Below, in pieces: positions 27,222 to 37,354 of a stretch of 64,000 bases of DNA. This DNA is from Bacteroidota bacterium. GTDB taxonomy: Bacteria; Bacteroidota; Bacteroidia; Bacteroidales; JAGNHN01. Location of the stretch: assembly GCA_022710185.1 (NCBI GenBank), contig JAKLHK010000012.1, positions 19,245 to 83,244 of the forward strand, read 5' to 3'. Position 1 is the stretch's first letter. Every line of letters starts with the position of its first letter. The notes beneath the pieces were generated by a model, which saw only the letters and a list, made by a program, of their open reading frames with translations, was not told where the DNA came from and did not search any database. The position numbers and the translations under genes are program-made.

Positions 27222-28145
27222 ATGAAAAAGATCCTGATCGCCACTGACAAACCTTTCGCCCCTGTAGCGGTGAAGGGGATACGTGACATCTTTTCCGAAG
27301 GGGGCTACGAGCTGGCCCTGCTCGAGAAGTACACCTCCCGTGAACAGTTGCTGGACGCTGTCAAGGACGTCCATGCCATCATCATCCGTTCCGACATCAT
27401 AGATGCGGAGATAATGGATGCAGCCCCCGCCCTGGCCATCGTGGTGAGGGCCGGTGCAGGCTACGACAACGTGGACCTCCCCGCTGCAACCGCCCACAAC
27501 GTAGTGGTCATGAATACCCCCGGACAGAACGCCAATGCCGTGGCCGAACTTGCCCTGGGTATGATGGTCTATCATGCCCGGAACTTATACAACGGAAGTT
27601 CCGGCACCGAGCTCCTCGGCAAGTCGCTGGGCATACATGCCTACGGTGCCGTAGGTCGCAGGGTGGGACAGATCGCACGCGGCTTCGGGATGGAGGTGTA
27701 TGCTTTCGATCCCTTCATCCCGGGACAGAAAATGGAGGATGACGGGGTGAAACCGGTACGCAGCCGCGAAGAGCTTTACCGCAACTGTCAGTATATTTCG
27801 TTGCATATTCCGGCTACCGACAAGACCAAGCGATCGATCGGCCAGGAGTTGCTGAACTCGATGCCCGGACCTGCCGTGCTGGTGAATACCGCCCGCAAGG
27901 AAGTGATCGATGAGGAAGGCCTGAAGCAGGTGATGGCGGCGCGCAAGGATTTCGCCTACCTGAGCGACATCGCCCCGGACTGTGCCGCAGAACTCAGCGA
28001 AGCCTATCCCGGACGAGTATGGTTTACCCCCAAGAAAATGGGGGCACAGACCGCCGAGGCCAACATCAATGCCGGGCTGGCCGCCGCACGCCAGATCAGG
28101 GCATTCTTTGAGGAAGGCGACCGGACCTTCCAGGTCAACCGATAA
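27222..28145 (+). CDS. serA: D-3-phosphoglycerate dehydrogenase (short form, D-2-hydroxyacid dehydrogenase family)
   Basis: 307 aa with NAD-binding GIHAYGAVGRRVG and serC adjacency. Confidence 0.86.
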   Translation: MKKILIATDKPFAPVAVKGIRDIFSEGGYELALLEKYTSREQLLDAVKDVHAIIIRSDIIDAEIMDAAPALAIVVRAGAGYDNVDLPAATAHNVVVMNTPGQNANAVAELALGMMVYHARNLYNGSSGTELLGKSLGIHAYGAVGRRVGQIARGFGMEVYAFDPFIPGQKMEDDGVKPVRSREELYRNCQYISLHIPATDKTKRSIGQELLNSMPGPAVLVNTARKEVIDEEGLKQVMAARKDFAYLSDIAPDCAAELSEAYPGRVWFTPKKMGAQTAEANINAGLAAARQIRAFFEEGDRTFQVNR

Positions 28146-28150
28146 TCAGG

Positions 28151-28187
28151 ACCCGGGGTGTGTTCTGCACCCCGGGTTGTTTTTTTT
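28151..28187 (+). terminator. Strong intrinsic terminator after serA
   Basis: Perfect 10-bp stem ACCCGGGGTG/CACCCCGGGT (28151-28177), followed by TGTTTTTTTT. Confidence 0.75.
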
Positions 28188-28217
28188 CCGGATCATCCCC
28201 GCTTCAAATTGTCTGGA

Positions 28218-28661
28218 ATGGAACACGAGAACAAACCGCAGACCTTTTTCCGGTTCGAGGACCTGAGGGTATATCATAAAGCACTGGACTATGCCGCCTG
28301 GGTGCTGAGGACTACCGCGGCCCTGCCGGATACCGCCGGCCGTTCGTCCGCCCTGTTCCAGCAAGCCGCACTCAGCATACCGGTGCAGATCGCCGAAGGA
28401 TCTGCGCGGAACAAGAGCCAGTTCGCCTACTACCTCAAAATGGCCAAAACATCGGTCAGGGAATGTCTGGTGTATACCACTACCCTGTCCCAGCTCGGAC
28501 TGCTGGATGAAACCCATGAGGCGGACAGCCGCAACGAGCTGATGGAACTGACCAAGATGATCGGCGCCCTGATCGGGTCCCTGGTAAGGGCCGGCTCAGG
28601 CAACGATGAAGAGGATGAGGATGATTTCGGCAGTAATGCCGACGACCGTTTCAACCGATGA
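28218..28661 (+). CDS. Four-helix-bundle protein (23S rRNA intervening-sequence protein family) with acidic C-terminal tail
   Basis: The start at MEHENK lies after the terminator. FRFEDLRVYHKALDY..SIPVQIAEGSARNKSQFAYYLKMAKTSVRE fits the family pattern. The tail is GNDEEDEDDFGSNADD. Confidence 0.75.
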   Translation: MEHENKPQTFFRFEDLRVYHKALDYAAWVLRTTAALPDTAGRSSALFQQAALSIPVQIAEGSARNKSQFAYYLKMAKTSVRECLVYTTTLSQLGLLDETHEADSRNELMELTKMIGALIGSLVRAGSGNDEEDEDDFGSNADDRFNR

Positions 28662-28692
28662 TCCACATTAATTAACCTTATTCTACTCCAGC

Positions 28693-29940
28693 ATGGCAAT
28701 ACTCAGAATGTTCAGGGGCTGGCGCCCACCGGCCCATCTGGCCGCCCAGGTGGCCTCCAGGCCCTATGATGTACTCAACTCCGACGAAGCACGGCAGGAA
28801 GCCGAAGGTAACCCCTACTCCCTGCTGCATATCATCAAGCCCGAGATCGACATGGACCCCGCTATTGATGTGCACGATGCATCGGTATACCAAAAAGCGG
28901 CCGAGAACTTTGGATTCTTCAAGCACCAGGGATGGCTGCAGCAGGATCCGGAAGCCTATCTCTACATCTATGCCCAGACGATGTTCGGAAAGACCCAGTA
29001 CGGCATCGTGGGCTGCGCCTCGGTTGACGACTATCTCGACGGCATCATCCGCAAGCATGAGCTCACCCGTCCTGACAAGGAAGAAGACCGCATGAAGCAT
29101 GTACGCATCAACAATGCCAACATGGAGCCGGTGTTCTTCAGCTACCCCGCAGTGCCCGAGATCGATGCCATCGTTCTGGATATCACCCGCAGGCAGAAAC
29201 CTGAATACGATTTTGTGGCCGATGACGGTGTGGGCCACCATTTCTGGGTGATCAGGGACCAGGCAGTGAATGCCCGCATCATTGAACTGTTCTCGGCCAT
29301 ACCCTTCACCTATGTGGCCGACGGCCACCACCGCACTGCCGCGGCCGCCCTGGTTGGCAAAGAGAAACGCGAGCAACATCCAGACTATACCGGTGAAGAA
29401 GAATTCAATTTCTTCCTTGCCGTGCACTTCCCCGACGATCAGCTCACCATCATCGACTACAACCGGGTAGTTACCGACCTCAACGGCATGGATGCCCCTG
29501 CTTTCCTGCAGCGCCTGCAGGAGGGCTTTGTGGTGGAGGACAAGGGAACGGAGATATACAAGCCCTGCTGCCTGCACAACTTCTCCCTCTACCTTGAGGG
29601 TCGTTGGTACAGTCTTAGCGCCCGACCAGGAACCTTCGATGACGCAGACCCGATCGGGGTGCTGGATGTGACCATCCTTAGTCAGCAGGTTTTCGATAAG
29701 TTGCTGGAACTGGGCAACCTGCGTACCTCCAAACGGATTGACTTCGTGGGCGGTATCCGTGGCCTCGGGGAGCTGAAAAAGCGCGTGGACAGCGGGGAGA
29801 TGAAAGCAGCCTTCGCACTGTATCCCGTATCCATGAACCAACTCATCGACATCGCTGACACCGGCAACATCATGCCTCCCAAGACCACCTGGTTCGAACC
29901 CAAGCTGCGTTCGGGACTGGTGGTCCACGAGCTGATATAA
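28693..29940 (+). CDS. DUF1015 domain-containing protein
   Basis: 415 aa: FRGWRPPAHLAAQVASRPYDVLNSDEAR..VADGHHRTAAA... The family is commonly linked to serA/serC in Bacteroidota. Confidence 0.85.
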   Translation: MAILRMFRGWRPPAHLAAQVASRPYDVLNSDEARQEAEGNPYSLLHIIKPEIDMDPAIDVHDASVYQKAAENFGFFKHQGWLQQDPEAYLYIYAQTMFGKTQYGIVGCASVDDYLDGIIRKHELTRPDKEEDRMKHVRINNANMEPVFFSYPAVPEIDAIVLDITRRQKPEYDFVADDGVGHHFWVIRDQAVNARIIELFSAIPFTYVADGHHRTAAAALVGKEKREQHPDYTGEEEFNFFLAVHFPDDQLTIIDYNRVVTDLNGMDAPAFLQRLQEGFVVEDKGTEIYKPCCLHNFSLYLEGRWYSLSARPGTFDDADPIGVLDVTILSQQVFDKLLELGNLRTSKRIDFVGGIRGLGELKKRVDSGEMKAAFALYPVSMNQLIDIADTGNIMPPKTTWFEPKLRSGLVVHELI

Positions 29941-29962
29941 TCTTCCCAGGCGTGTACCATTC

Positions 29963-29992
29963 AAGGCTCCTGAAGGAACAGGGGCCTTTTTT
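29963..29992 (+). terminator. Intrinsic terminator after the DUF1015 gene
   Basis: 8-bp stem AAGGCTCC/GGGGCCTT (one G-U pair) with a 10-nt loop, then TTTTTT. Confidence 0.6.
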
Positions 29993-30106
29993 ATGTCGGT
30001 GATGTCCCTCTCATGAATCTCTGCCACGGCCAGCCAGGGGCTATTCCACATTTTTCACATCCTCAGGTTCAGCATTAGCATGTATTGAAATATGTAGGGT
30101 CTTTGT

Positions 30107-30114
30107 TATCTTTG
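30107..30114 (+). promoter_or_regulatory. -7 promoter motif TAtcTTTG upstream of the thiolase gene
   Basis: Match to TAnnTTTG. ATTG at 30084-30087 is a possible -33 element. The ATG is at 30131. Confidence 0.45.
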
Positions 30115-30130
30115 ATAAAAATCTCACCCC

Positions 30131-31318
30131 ATGAACAAAGAAGTATACATCCTGTCGGCCGTACGTACCCCTATCGGAAGTTTTGGGGGCAGTCTTTCCT
30201 CCCTCAGCGCCACCCGACTGGGAGCCGTGGCTATCCGCGCAGCCCTGGAAAGAGCAGGTATAGAACCTAAACTTGTAGATGAGGTGTATATGGGTAATGT
30301 GCTGTCTGCCAACCTTGGACAGGCCCCTGCCCGGCAGGCTGCCCTTTTTGCAGGCCTTCCCGAGTCGGTGCCCTGCACTACGGTGAACAAGGTGTGCTCT
30401 TCCGGACTGAAATCCGTAATCCTCGCAGCGCAGACCATTCTGGCCGGCGACAACGAAGTGGTAGTGGCCGGAGGTATGGAGAGCATGTCAAACGTACCCC
30501 ACTATCTGCCGGGTATGCGCAATGGGATGAAGCTGGGGCATGACAAGGTTGTGGACGGAATGATCAAGGATGGTCTGTGGGATGTGTACAACGACTATCA
30601 TATGGGGAATGCCGCAGAGGACACCGCCCGGGAGATGGGCATTACGCGGGAGGAGCAGGACGCCCTGGCTATCGCTTCTTACCAGCGTTCCCAGGCTGCC
30701 TGGGACGCCGGGTATTTTACTTCCGAGATCATCCCGGTGGAGGTCCCCGGCCGAAAAGGGGAAACCGTAGTGGTAGACCGGGACGAAGAGTACACCAAAG
30801 TCAGTTTTGAGAAGATCCCCTCACTCAAGCCTGTATTCATCAAGGATGGTACGATCACCGCGGCCAATGCCTCTACCATCAACGACGGGGCAGCCGCCCT
30901 GGTCCTCATGAGCCGGGAGAAGGCGGAGTCGCTGGGACTGAAACCTCTGGCGATTATCCGCGGATATGCCGATGCTGCCCAGGCCCCTGCCTGGTTTACC
31001 ACGGCCCCTGCCATCGCCGTGCCCCTCGCTATTCAAAAGGCTGGCCTGCGTAAGGAAGACATTGCGTATTATGAAGTAAACGAAGCCTTTGCAGTTGTTT
31101 CCATTGCTGTGATGCGGGAGATGGGACTCGACCCTTCCGTGGTGAACATCCATGGCTCTGGTGTTTCCCTGGGACATCCCCTGGGTTCCACCGGGGCGCG
31201 TATCCTGGTGAGCCTGGTGCATATCTTACATCAGAAGGGCGCACGCTATGGCGCCGCGGGACTCTGCAATGGAGGTGGGGGCGCTTCGGCCATGGTGATC
31301 GAAAACCCCGGAGCCTGA
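30131..31318 (+). CDS. Acetyl-CoA C-acetyltransferase (thiolase II)
   Basis: 395 aa with active-site contexts VNKVCSSGLKS and GLCNGGGGASAMVIE. Confidence 0.92.
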   Translation: MNKEVYILSAVRTPIGSFGGSLSSLSATRLGAVAIRAALERAGIEPKLVDEVYMGNVLSANLGQAPARQAALFAGLPESVPCTTVNKVCSSGLKSVILAAQTILAGDNEVVVAGGMESMSNVPHYLPGMRNGMKLGHDKVVDGMIKDGLWDVYNDYHMGNAAEDTAREMGITREEQDALAIASYQRSQAAWDAGYFTSEIIPVEVPGRKGETVVVDRDEEYTKVSFEKIPSLKPVFIKDGTITAANASTINDGAAALVLMSREKAESLGLKPLAIIRGYADAAQAPAWFTTAPAIAVPLAIQKAGLRKEDIAYYEVNEAFAVVSIAVMREMGLDPSVVNIHGSGVSLGHPLGSTGARILVSLVHILHQKGARYGAAGLCNGGGGASAMVIENPGA

Positions 31319-31397
31319 GCTCCTGTCCTTCTTTTGCTGCGTATGCAGTAAGGGGGAGAGCTGCAGACCTTGCCCGGCATCTGTGGGCAAAATGAAT

Positions 31398-31405
31398 TAA
31401 GTTTG
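31398..31405 (+). promoter_or_regulatory. -7 promoter motif TAagTTTG upstream of yggS
   Basis: Match to TAnnTTTG, 24 nt before the ATG at 31429. Confidence 0.45.
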
Positions 31406-31428
31406 CCCCTATACTTGATCGTATCGCC

Positions 31429-32103
31429 ATGAGCATCGCATCCCGGCTGGATTCCATCCGGCGGCAGCTCCCAGAGGGAGTGCGCCTGGTGGCCGTCAGT
31501 AAAAACCAATCCATCCAGGCCATACAGGAGGCCTACGAAGCGGGGCAGCGTATCTTCGGGGAGAACAAGGCCCAGGAACTGCTGAGCAAAGCTCCCCTGC
31601 TGCCGGCCGACATCGAATGGCATTTCATCGGGCATCTCCAGCGCAACAAGGTAAGGTCCATCATTCCCTGGGTCAGCCTGATCCACAGTATTGACAGCCT
31701 GCGTCTGCTGCAGGAAGTTGATGATGAAGCCCATAAGGCAGGGCGCATCATCCCCTGTCTGCTTCAGTTCCACATCGCTGAAGAGGAGACCAAGTTCGGG
31801 CTTGACCTTGGTGAGGCAGAAGGGCTGATCGATAGTGGCGCGTTCCGGATGATGAACAATATACGTGTCCATGGTGTTATGGGCATGGCCACTTTCACGG
31901 ATGACATTCAACAGCTCAGACGGGAGTTCGGTATGCTACGTACATCATTCAACGGACTGAGAAATAAATACTTCATCAGCTTTCCTGAGTTCCGGGAGCT
32001 ATCGATGGGCATGAGCGATGATATGCTGGTGGCCATCGAAGAAGGGAGCACCCTGGTGCGCATCGGCACAGCCATCTTCGGAGCAAGAAACGGCACAACA
32101 TAA
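31429..32103 (+). CDS. yggS: YggS family pyridoxal-phosphate homeostasis protein
   Basis: 224 aa: LVAVSKNQ (PLP Lys) ..FGENKAQEL..WHFIGHLQRNKV.. Confidence 0.88.
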   Translation: MSIASRLDSIRRQLPEGVRLVAVSKNQSIQAIQEAYEAGQRIFGENKAQELLSKAPLLPADIEWHFIGHLQRNKVRSIIPWVSLIHSIDSLRLLQEVDDEAHKAGRIIPCLLQFHIAEEETKFGLDLGEAEGLIDSGAFRMMNNIRVHGVMGMATFTDDIQQLRREFGMLRTSFNGLRNKYFISFPEFRELSMGMSDDMLVAIEEGSTLVRIGTAIFGARNGTT

Positions 32104-32106
32104 CTT

Positions 32107-33069
32107 ATGACATACTTGCTATTCCTCCTTGGTTTCGGATTGCTCATCCTGGGCGCCGACTGGTTGGTGAAGGGAGCTTCGAGCATGGCCCGCAAGCTGA
32201 GCATCAGCGAGCTGGTCATTGGCCTCACCATTGTTGCATTTGGAACATCGACCCCTGAGCTGGTGGTGAGCGTGACGGCCAGCATCAGGCAGGCCCCTGA
32301 GCTGGCCATTGCCAATGTTGTGGGGAGCAATATCTTCAACATATTTATTATCATTGGCATAGCAGCTATGATCCGTCCGGTACCGGTTCTCGCATCGACC
32401 GTATGGAAAGAAATCCCCTTCAGCCTGCTGTCGGCGATAATACTGCTGGTGCTCTCGCTGGACCTGGTGCTTGACGGTCAGGGGCCCAACACCCTGGGTC
32501 GTACGGATGGGCTGGTATTGCTGGCTTTCTTTCTTATCTTTCTTGTATATTCCTTTGACCTGGCACGTAAAGGGGAGATTCAACCCGATCACGATGTTCC
32601 TGCCCAGGTTTTTCCGGTATGGAAAAGCGTGCTCTTCTTTATGGGCGGGCTGGGCCTGCTGGTATTGGGCGGCCGTTGGGTCGTAAACGGGGCTTCAGCC
32701 ATCGGGTTATTGCTGGGGATGAGCCAGGCCATGATCGGCCTGACGATTGTGGCCGCGGGCACCTCGCTGCCGGAGCTGGTAACTTCGGCGATGGCCGCAT
32801 ACCGGAACAAGCCGGAGATAGCCATTGGCAATGCCATCGGGTCCAACATCTACAATATATTTTTCATCCTGGGTACCAGCGCCACCATACACCCCTTGCC
32901 CTACGACACTGCCCAGATGTCGGACACCCTGGTGATGATGGCCGCCTATATCCTGTTGTTCCTTCTGGTGATCCTCGGCCGGCATTTCCGAACGGTCACC
33001 CGCTGGGAGGGTGCTGCGATGGTAGCAGCCTACATCGGGTTCATCACCGTTTCGGCTATTCTCAGGTAA
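32107..33069 (+). CDS. Calcium/sodium antiporter (CaCA / YrbG family)
   Basis: 320 aa, polytopic, with duplicated alpha-repeat motifs GTSTPELVVS and GTSLPELVTS. Confidence 0.85.
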   Translation: MTYLLFLLGFGLLILGADWLVKGASSMARKLSISELVIGLTIVAFGTSTPELVVSVTASIRQAPELAIANVVGSNIFNIFIIIGIAAMIRPVPVLASTVWKEIPFSLLSAIILLVLSLDLVLDGQGPNTLGRTDGLVLLAFFLIFLVYSFDLARKGEIQPDHDVPAQVFPVWKSVLFFMGGLGLLVLGGRWVVNGASAIGLLLGMSQAMIGLTIVAAGTSLPELVTSAMAAYRNKPEIAIGNAIGSNIYNIFFILGTSATIHPLPYDTAQMSDTLVMMAAYILLFLLVILGRHFRTVTRWEGAAMVAAYIGFITVSAILR

Positions 33070-33105
33070 GTTGGGACGCTGACCCAAGTTTCCTTAACTT
33101 TACGA

Positions 33106-33132
33106 ACTCTCCGGCCTGCAGGGAGAGTTTTA
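33106..33132 (+). terminator. Possible intrinsic terminator after the antiporter gene
   Basis: 7-bp stem ACTCTCC/GGAGAGT with a 9-nt loop, then TTTT. Confidence 0.45.
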
Positions 33133-33159
33133 CCACATGCAGTAATCGCTGAACCCGGA

Positions 33160-34911
33160 ATGAGTTACTTCGAGATCGGCATCCGTATCCTTACCCTCCT
33201 GGGGGCCCTGGGCGTTTTTCTATACGGCATGAAGCTGATGAGCGAGTCGTTGCAGAAACTTGCCGGCCAGCAGTTACGGGGTATCCTTTCGGCCATGACG
33301 GCCAACCGCTACTACGGCATCCTGGCCGGGTTCACCGTCACAGGAATTGTGCAGTCTTCTTCGGCTATTACGGTGATGATCGTGAGCTTCGTGAATGCCG
33401 GGCTGCTTAGTGTGAAAGGCAGCATTGCCATGATCATGGGGGCCAATATCGGAACCACGGTCACCGCCTGGCTGGTCTCCATCTTTGGCTTCGCATTCAG
33501 CATTAAGGCGATTGCCCTGCCCCTGATCGGGATCAGCCTCCCCTTCCTGTTCTCATCGCGCAGCCGTTGGCGCTCCTGGGGAGAGTTCGTCCTGGGGTTT
33601 TCGCTCCTGTTCACCGGCCTTGGGTTCATGAAGGATATCTTTCCCTTGGTGGAAGACCCACAGACGCGCTATGCATTTCTCAGTGCCTTTGGTTCGACTG
33701 GTTTCCTTACCAACCTGTATTTCGTTGGCATGGGCGTGATCATTACCGCCATAGTGCAGTCATCCAGTGCCACCATAACCCTGACTACCGTGCTTGCCTT
33801 TTCAGGCATCATCTCCCTTGAGCATGCCGCAGCCATGGTACTGGGGGAAAACATCGGCACGACCCTTACGGCCAACCTTGCCGCTACTGTGGCCAATACC
33901 CAGGCCAAGCGGGCGGCCCGAGCCCATTTTCTCATCAACCTCATTGGGGTGACCTGGATGCTCCCCATCCTTCCCTGGTTCCTTGTGGGACTGGACCGCC
34001 TCTTCAGCGGCGTCGCCGGGCATATGGTCCTCATCGACCAAGCGGGGTTGGCGGTAGAAGGCAGGGATCTGCTGCCCATGGCCCTGGCTGCATTCCACTC
34101 CCTGTTCAACCTGATCAACGTTTTACTTTTATCCTTTTTCATCCCGCACCTCTCGAGGCTGACACGAAAGCTTGTAAGGGAAGGCCAGGGCACTGCCACT
34201 CCTCTTAGCCCGGCCGTGAATACCGGGCTGGTTTCTTTCCCTGAGCTTAGCATGCTGGAGGCCAGGCAGGGCATACATCGGATGGGACAACTCTCGTTCC
34301 GGATGGTCAGGCAAACTGCCGCCCTGTTCAGGGAAAAGGATGAACTTCGTTCGATACAGCTGATCCATAAGCTGCAGGAGAAGTACGATCGCATGGAAAG
34401 CCTGGAGCGGAGAATGAAGCACCTGCTGACCGCACTCTCGGCCGAAGAGCTGAGCCCTGAAGCTTCGCGCTGGATTTCCGTTTACGGATGGATCGCGGCC
34501 AGGCACCGGGCTATTGCACGCCTGTGTGTGGAAGTAGAAGTCATCCTTGAGGGAAAGCGGGCTTCCCGCATCTGGTTCACCCAGGATCTGAGGGATAACC
34601 TCAATGCGGTGTTTGAGGCCCTGACAGAGGTGAGCCATGCCATTACCAAGCATACCGCCTTCTCTGAAAAGGGCCAGGCGCATCAGGCCCAGGAAAGAGT
34701 ACTCTTGTCAGAAACCCTCGCGCATAAGTTCCTGCAAGAGCTTCAAGGCCTGAAGGCCACAGCGGACCATCTTCCTTCAGGATCCCTGGAAATATACCGT
34801 GACATACTCCTGGCATTGCAACGGATATCCGGTCAACTGGACGAACTGGTCAAGGCCTGGGCGCAACAACAGGTGGCTGATGTGCACCCGAAGCATTCTA
34901 AGAAAACTTAA
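33160..34911 (+). CDS. Na/Pi cotransporter family protein (NptA-like) with C-terminal PhoU-like region
   Basis: 583 aa: LGVFLYGMKLMSESLQ..GIVQSSSAITVM.., with the motif repeated (AIVQSSSATITL). Confidence 0.85.
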   Translation: MSYFEIGIRILTLLGALGVFLYGMKLMSESLQKLAGQQLRGILSAMTANRYYGILAGFTVTGIVQSSSAITVMIVSFVNAGLLSVKGSIAMIMGANIGTTVTAWLVSIFGFAFSIKAIALPLIGISLPFLFSSRSRWRSWGEFVLGFSLLFTGLGFMKDIFPLVEDPQTRYAFLSAFGSTGFLTNLYFVGMGVIITAIVQSSSATITLTTVLAFSGIISLEHAAAMVLGENIGTTLTANLAATVANTQAKRAARAHFLINLIGVTWMLPILPWFLVGLDRLFSGVAGHMVLIDQAGLAVEGRDLLPMALAAFHSLFNLINVLLLSFFIPHLSRLTRKLVREGQGTATPLSPAVNTGLVSFPELSMLEARQGIHRMGQLSFRMVRQTAALFREKDELRSIQLIHKLQEKYDRMESLERRMKHLLTALSAEELSPEASRWISVYGWIAARHRAIARLCVEVEVILEGKRASRIWFTQDLRDNLNAVFEALTEVSHAITKHTAFSEKGQAHQAQERVLLSETLAHKFLQELQGLKATADHLPSGSLEIYRDILLALQRISGQLDELVKAWAQQQVADVHPKHSKKT

Positions 34912-34976
34912 CAATAACTTAATATACGGGATAGCCTGTGACCCTGTCCGGCCAAGGCCAATCCCTGAGCATTCCC

Positions 34977-34984
34977 TAAGTTTG
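34977..34984 (+). promoter_or_regulatory. -7 promoter motif TAagTTTG upstream of the PiT transporter gene
   Basis: Match to TAnnTTTG, 18 nt before the ATG at 35002. Confidence 0.45.
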
Positions 34985-35001
34985 CACCACAATAACCCGC
35001 T

Positions 35002-37254
35002 ATGGAAAACCTCTACCTCATCATGGTTATCGTGCTCTTCGCACTGGCCATCTCCGACCTGATCGTGGGCGTGAGCAACGACGCGGTGAACTTCCTGAAC
35101 TCGGCCATTGGCGCCAAGGCGGCGAAGTACCGCACTGTGATGATCGTGGCAGCGCTCGGTGTGTTTGTTGGGGCAACCTTCTCCGATGGGATGATGGAGG
35201 TGGCCAGGAAGGGAATCTTTCACCCGGACCAGTTTGCTTTCTCGGAGATCATGATCATTTTTCTTGCGGTCATGATTACCGATGTGGTGCTGCTTGATCT
35301 CTTCAACACCTATGGTTTTCCTACCTCCACTACGGTTTCCCTCGTATTCGAACTGTTGGGCTCCGCGGTAGCGGTTGCGGTCTACAAAATTGCTTCAATT
35401 GAAGGCCAAAGCATTGGCGATCTGGGGCTTTACATCAATTCTGACAAGGCATTGGCCATCATATCGGGCATTCTGGTTTCAGTCGCGGTAGCCTTTACGT
35501 TCGGGGCACTCATACAATATATCGCCCGCATCCTGTTTTCCTTCAATTATCAGCGGCGCGTCAAATATTTCGGAGGAATTTTCGGCGGATTTGCGGTAGC
35601 CATGATTACCTATTTCATGCTGATTAAGGGCGCCAAAGGATCCTCGATCATCCCGGAAGAAACGACCCTGTGGATAGAGGAGCATGCTATGCTGGTACTT
35701 GCCATCACATTCGCCGGGTTTACCGTTCTCCTACAGCTGCTCAACTGGCTGTTCCGCTTCAATATCCTGAGGTTCGTGGTACTTCTGGGCACCTTCGGCC
35801 TGGCCCTGGCCTTTGCCGGCAACGACCTGGTGAACTTTATAGGGGTACCCATGGCCGGATATGAATCGTTCAAGGCTTATATGGCTACCCCCGGGGCTAC
35901 TCCCGATGGCTTTATGATGGGTGTACTGAAGGAGCCGGTGGATACCAACAGCTGGTTCCTGCTGGCCGCCGGCCTGGTCATGGTAGTCACCCTATGGACC
36001 TCCAAGAAAGCCCGGACCGTAGTGGATACTACATTGAGCCTGGCCCGACAGGACAGCGGGGTGGAACGTTTTCAGTCCTCGCCCTCCTCCCGCTTCCTTG
36101 TCCGTGTAGCGGTGGGTGCCTCGAACAGCATCTCCATGGCGATCCCAAAAGGAGCCCGCAGTTTCCTCGCACGCCAGTTTGAGCGCAGTGAAGAGGTGGT
36201 CAGACGGGAAAAGGAAGAGGGCCTTTCCTTCGACATGATCCGGGCTTCCATCAATTTGGTGGTAGCCAGTGTGCTCATTGCCTTTGGTACTTCGCTCAAG
36301 TTACCCCTCTCTACTACCTATGTTACCTTTATGGTGGCCATGGGCACTTCCCTTGCCGACAAGGCCTGGGGAAGGGAGAGCGCGGTATACCGGATCTCAG
36401 GGGTGATGGCAGTGATCGGGGGCTGGTTCCTCACAGCGCTCATCGCCTTTGGAGCTTCCTTCCTCATGGCCACCATGATATACTGGGGTGGCATGATCGC
36501 CCTGGGACTACTCGTCCTTGCGGCTGTTTTCTTCGTGATACGCACCCATGCCATACACAAGCGCAGGGAAAACGACCGCAGGAAGGAGGAAGACAGCCTG
36601 AGCCTTATGTCCGACGACCCGGACAGCATGGTCCATACCTTCGTGAGCAAGGTGAACGATATCCTGGAACAGACCGCGGATGCCCTATCCTTCATGATTG
36701 AGGGCTTCAGGGACGAGAAACTCAAAGACCTCAAGCGGGCGAGAAAGACAGTGCAAGAAATCAACCAGGAGTCGAAGTTGCTGAAGAATGGGATCAGCCA
36801 GGCCATTCTCGGGCTGAGGGAAAATGCCCTGGATGCCGGCCCCTATTATGTCCAGGTGGTGGACTACCTGCGCGAGGTGACGCATAGTGCGAACTTCATG
36901 ATCGAGCCGGTATACCAGCATATCAGCAATAACCACAAGGGACTGAGCGATGAGCAAGCGGTTGAGCTGACTCACCTGCACAAGGATGTCAGGATCCTGA
37001 TAGACCGGATCAAGAGCTGCATGCTCAAGGGCGAATACGAGGAAGTGTCTGCCCTGATCGAACGGCAGGGAGCCCTGCTCCAGGAAATCCAGGGCCTGAG
37101 GAAGAAGCAGGTTAAGCGGATCAAAGAGGACAAGGCAACAACGAAAGGCAGCGTGATCTATCTCGACCTGCTCTCCGAGTCCAAGAACCTGCTGCTCTAC
37201 ACGGTGAATATCCTGAAGTCTATGCGGGACCTGCATCAGGCGCTAAGGTCCTGA
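35002..37254 (+). CDS. Inorganic phosphate transporter (PiT/PHO4 family) fused to a C-terminal PhoU-like cytoplasmic domain
   Basis: 750 aa: GVSNDAVNFLNSAIGAK.., GNDLVNFIGVPMAG.., and a helical acidic/basic C-terminal region of about 230 aa. Confidence 0.85.
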   Translation: MENLYLIMVIVLFALAISDLIVGVSNDAVNFLNSAIGAKAAKYRTVMIVAALGVFVGATFSDGMMEVARKGIFHPDQFAFSEIMIIFLAVMITDVVLLDLFNTYGFPTSTTVSLVFELLGSAVAVAVYKIASIEGQSIGDLGLYINSDKALAIISGILVSVAVAFTFGALIQYIARILFSFNYQRRVKYFGGIFGGFAVAMITYFMLIKGAKGSSIIPEETTLWIEEHAMLVLAITFAGFTVLLQLLNWLFRFNILRFVVLLGTFGLALAFAGNDLVNFIGVPMAGYESFKAYMATPGATPDGFMMGVLKEPVDTNSWFLLAAGLVMVVTLWTSKKARTVVDTTLSLARQDSGVERFQSSPSSRFLVRVAVGASNSISMAIPKGARSFLARQFERSEEVVRREKEEGLSFDMIRASINLVVASVLIAFGTSLKLPLSTTYVTFMVAMGTSLADKAWGRESAVYRISGVMAVIGGWFLTALIAFGASFLMATMIYWGGMIALGLLVLAAVFFVIRTHAIHKRRENDRRKEEDSLSLMSDDPDSMVHTFVSKVNDILEQTADALSFMIEGFRDEKLKDLKRARKTVQEINQESKLLKNGISQAILGLRENALDAGPYYVQVVDYLREVTHSANFMIEPVYQHISNNHKGLSDEQAVELTHLHKDVRILIDRIKSCMLKGEYEEVSALIERQGALLQEIQGLRKKQVKRIKEDKATTKGSVIYLDLLSESKNLLLYTVNILKSMRDLHQALRS

Positions 37255-37327
37255 GGCCCCCTTGCGGCTTAACAATTTCTTAATATACTGATAATACTGG
37301 CTTAACACCAGGCCTGTCCGATGGTTG

Positions 37328-37335
37328 TAGTTTTG
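37328..37335 (+). promoter_or_regulatory. -7 promoter motif TAgtTTTG upstream of the small CarboxypepD_reg gene
   Basis: Match to TAnnTTTG, 20 nt before the ATG at 37355. Confidence 0.45.
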
Positions 37336-37354
37336 CTTCAGTAAACTGCATACC

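Noticed and set aside
28678-30051. 457-aa minus-strand ORF opposite the DUF1015 gene
   Set aside because: It is a shadow ORF with no motifs, and it overlaps a strongly supported plus-strand gene and its terminator.
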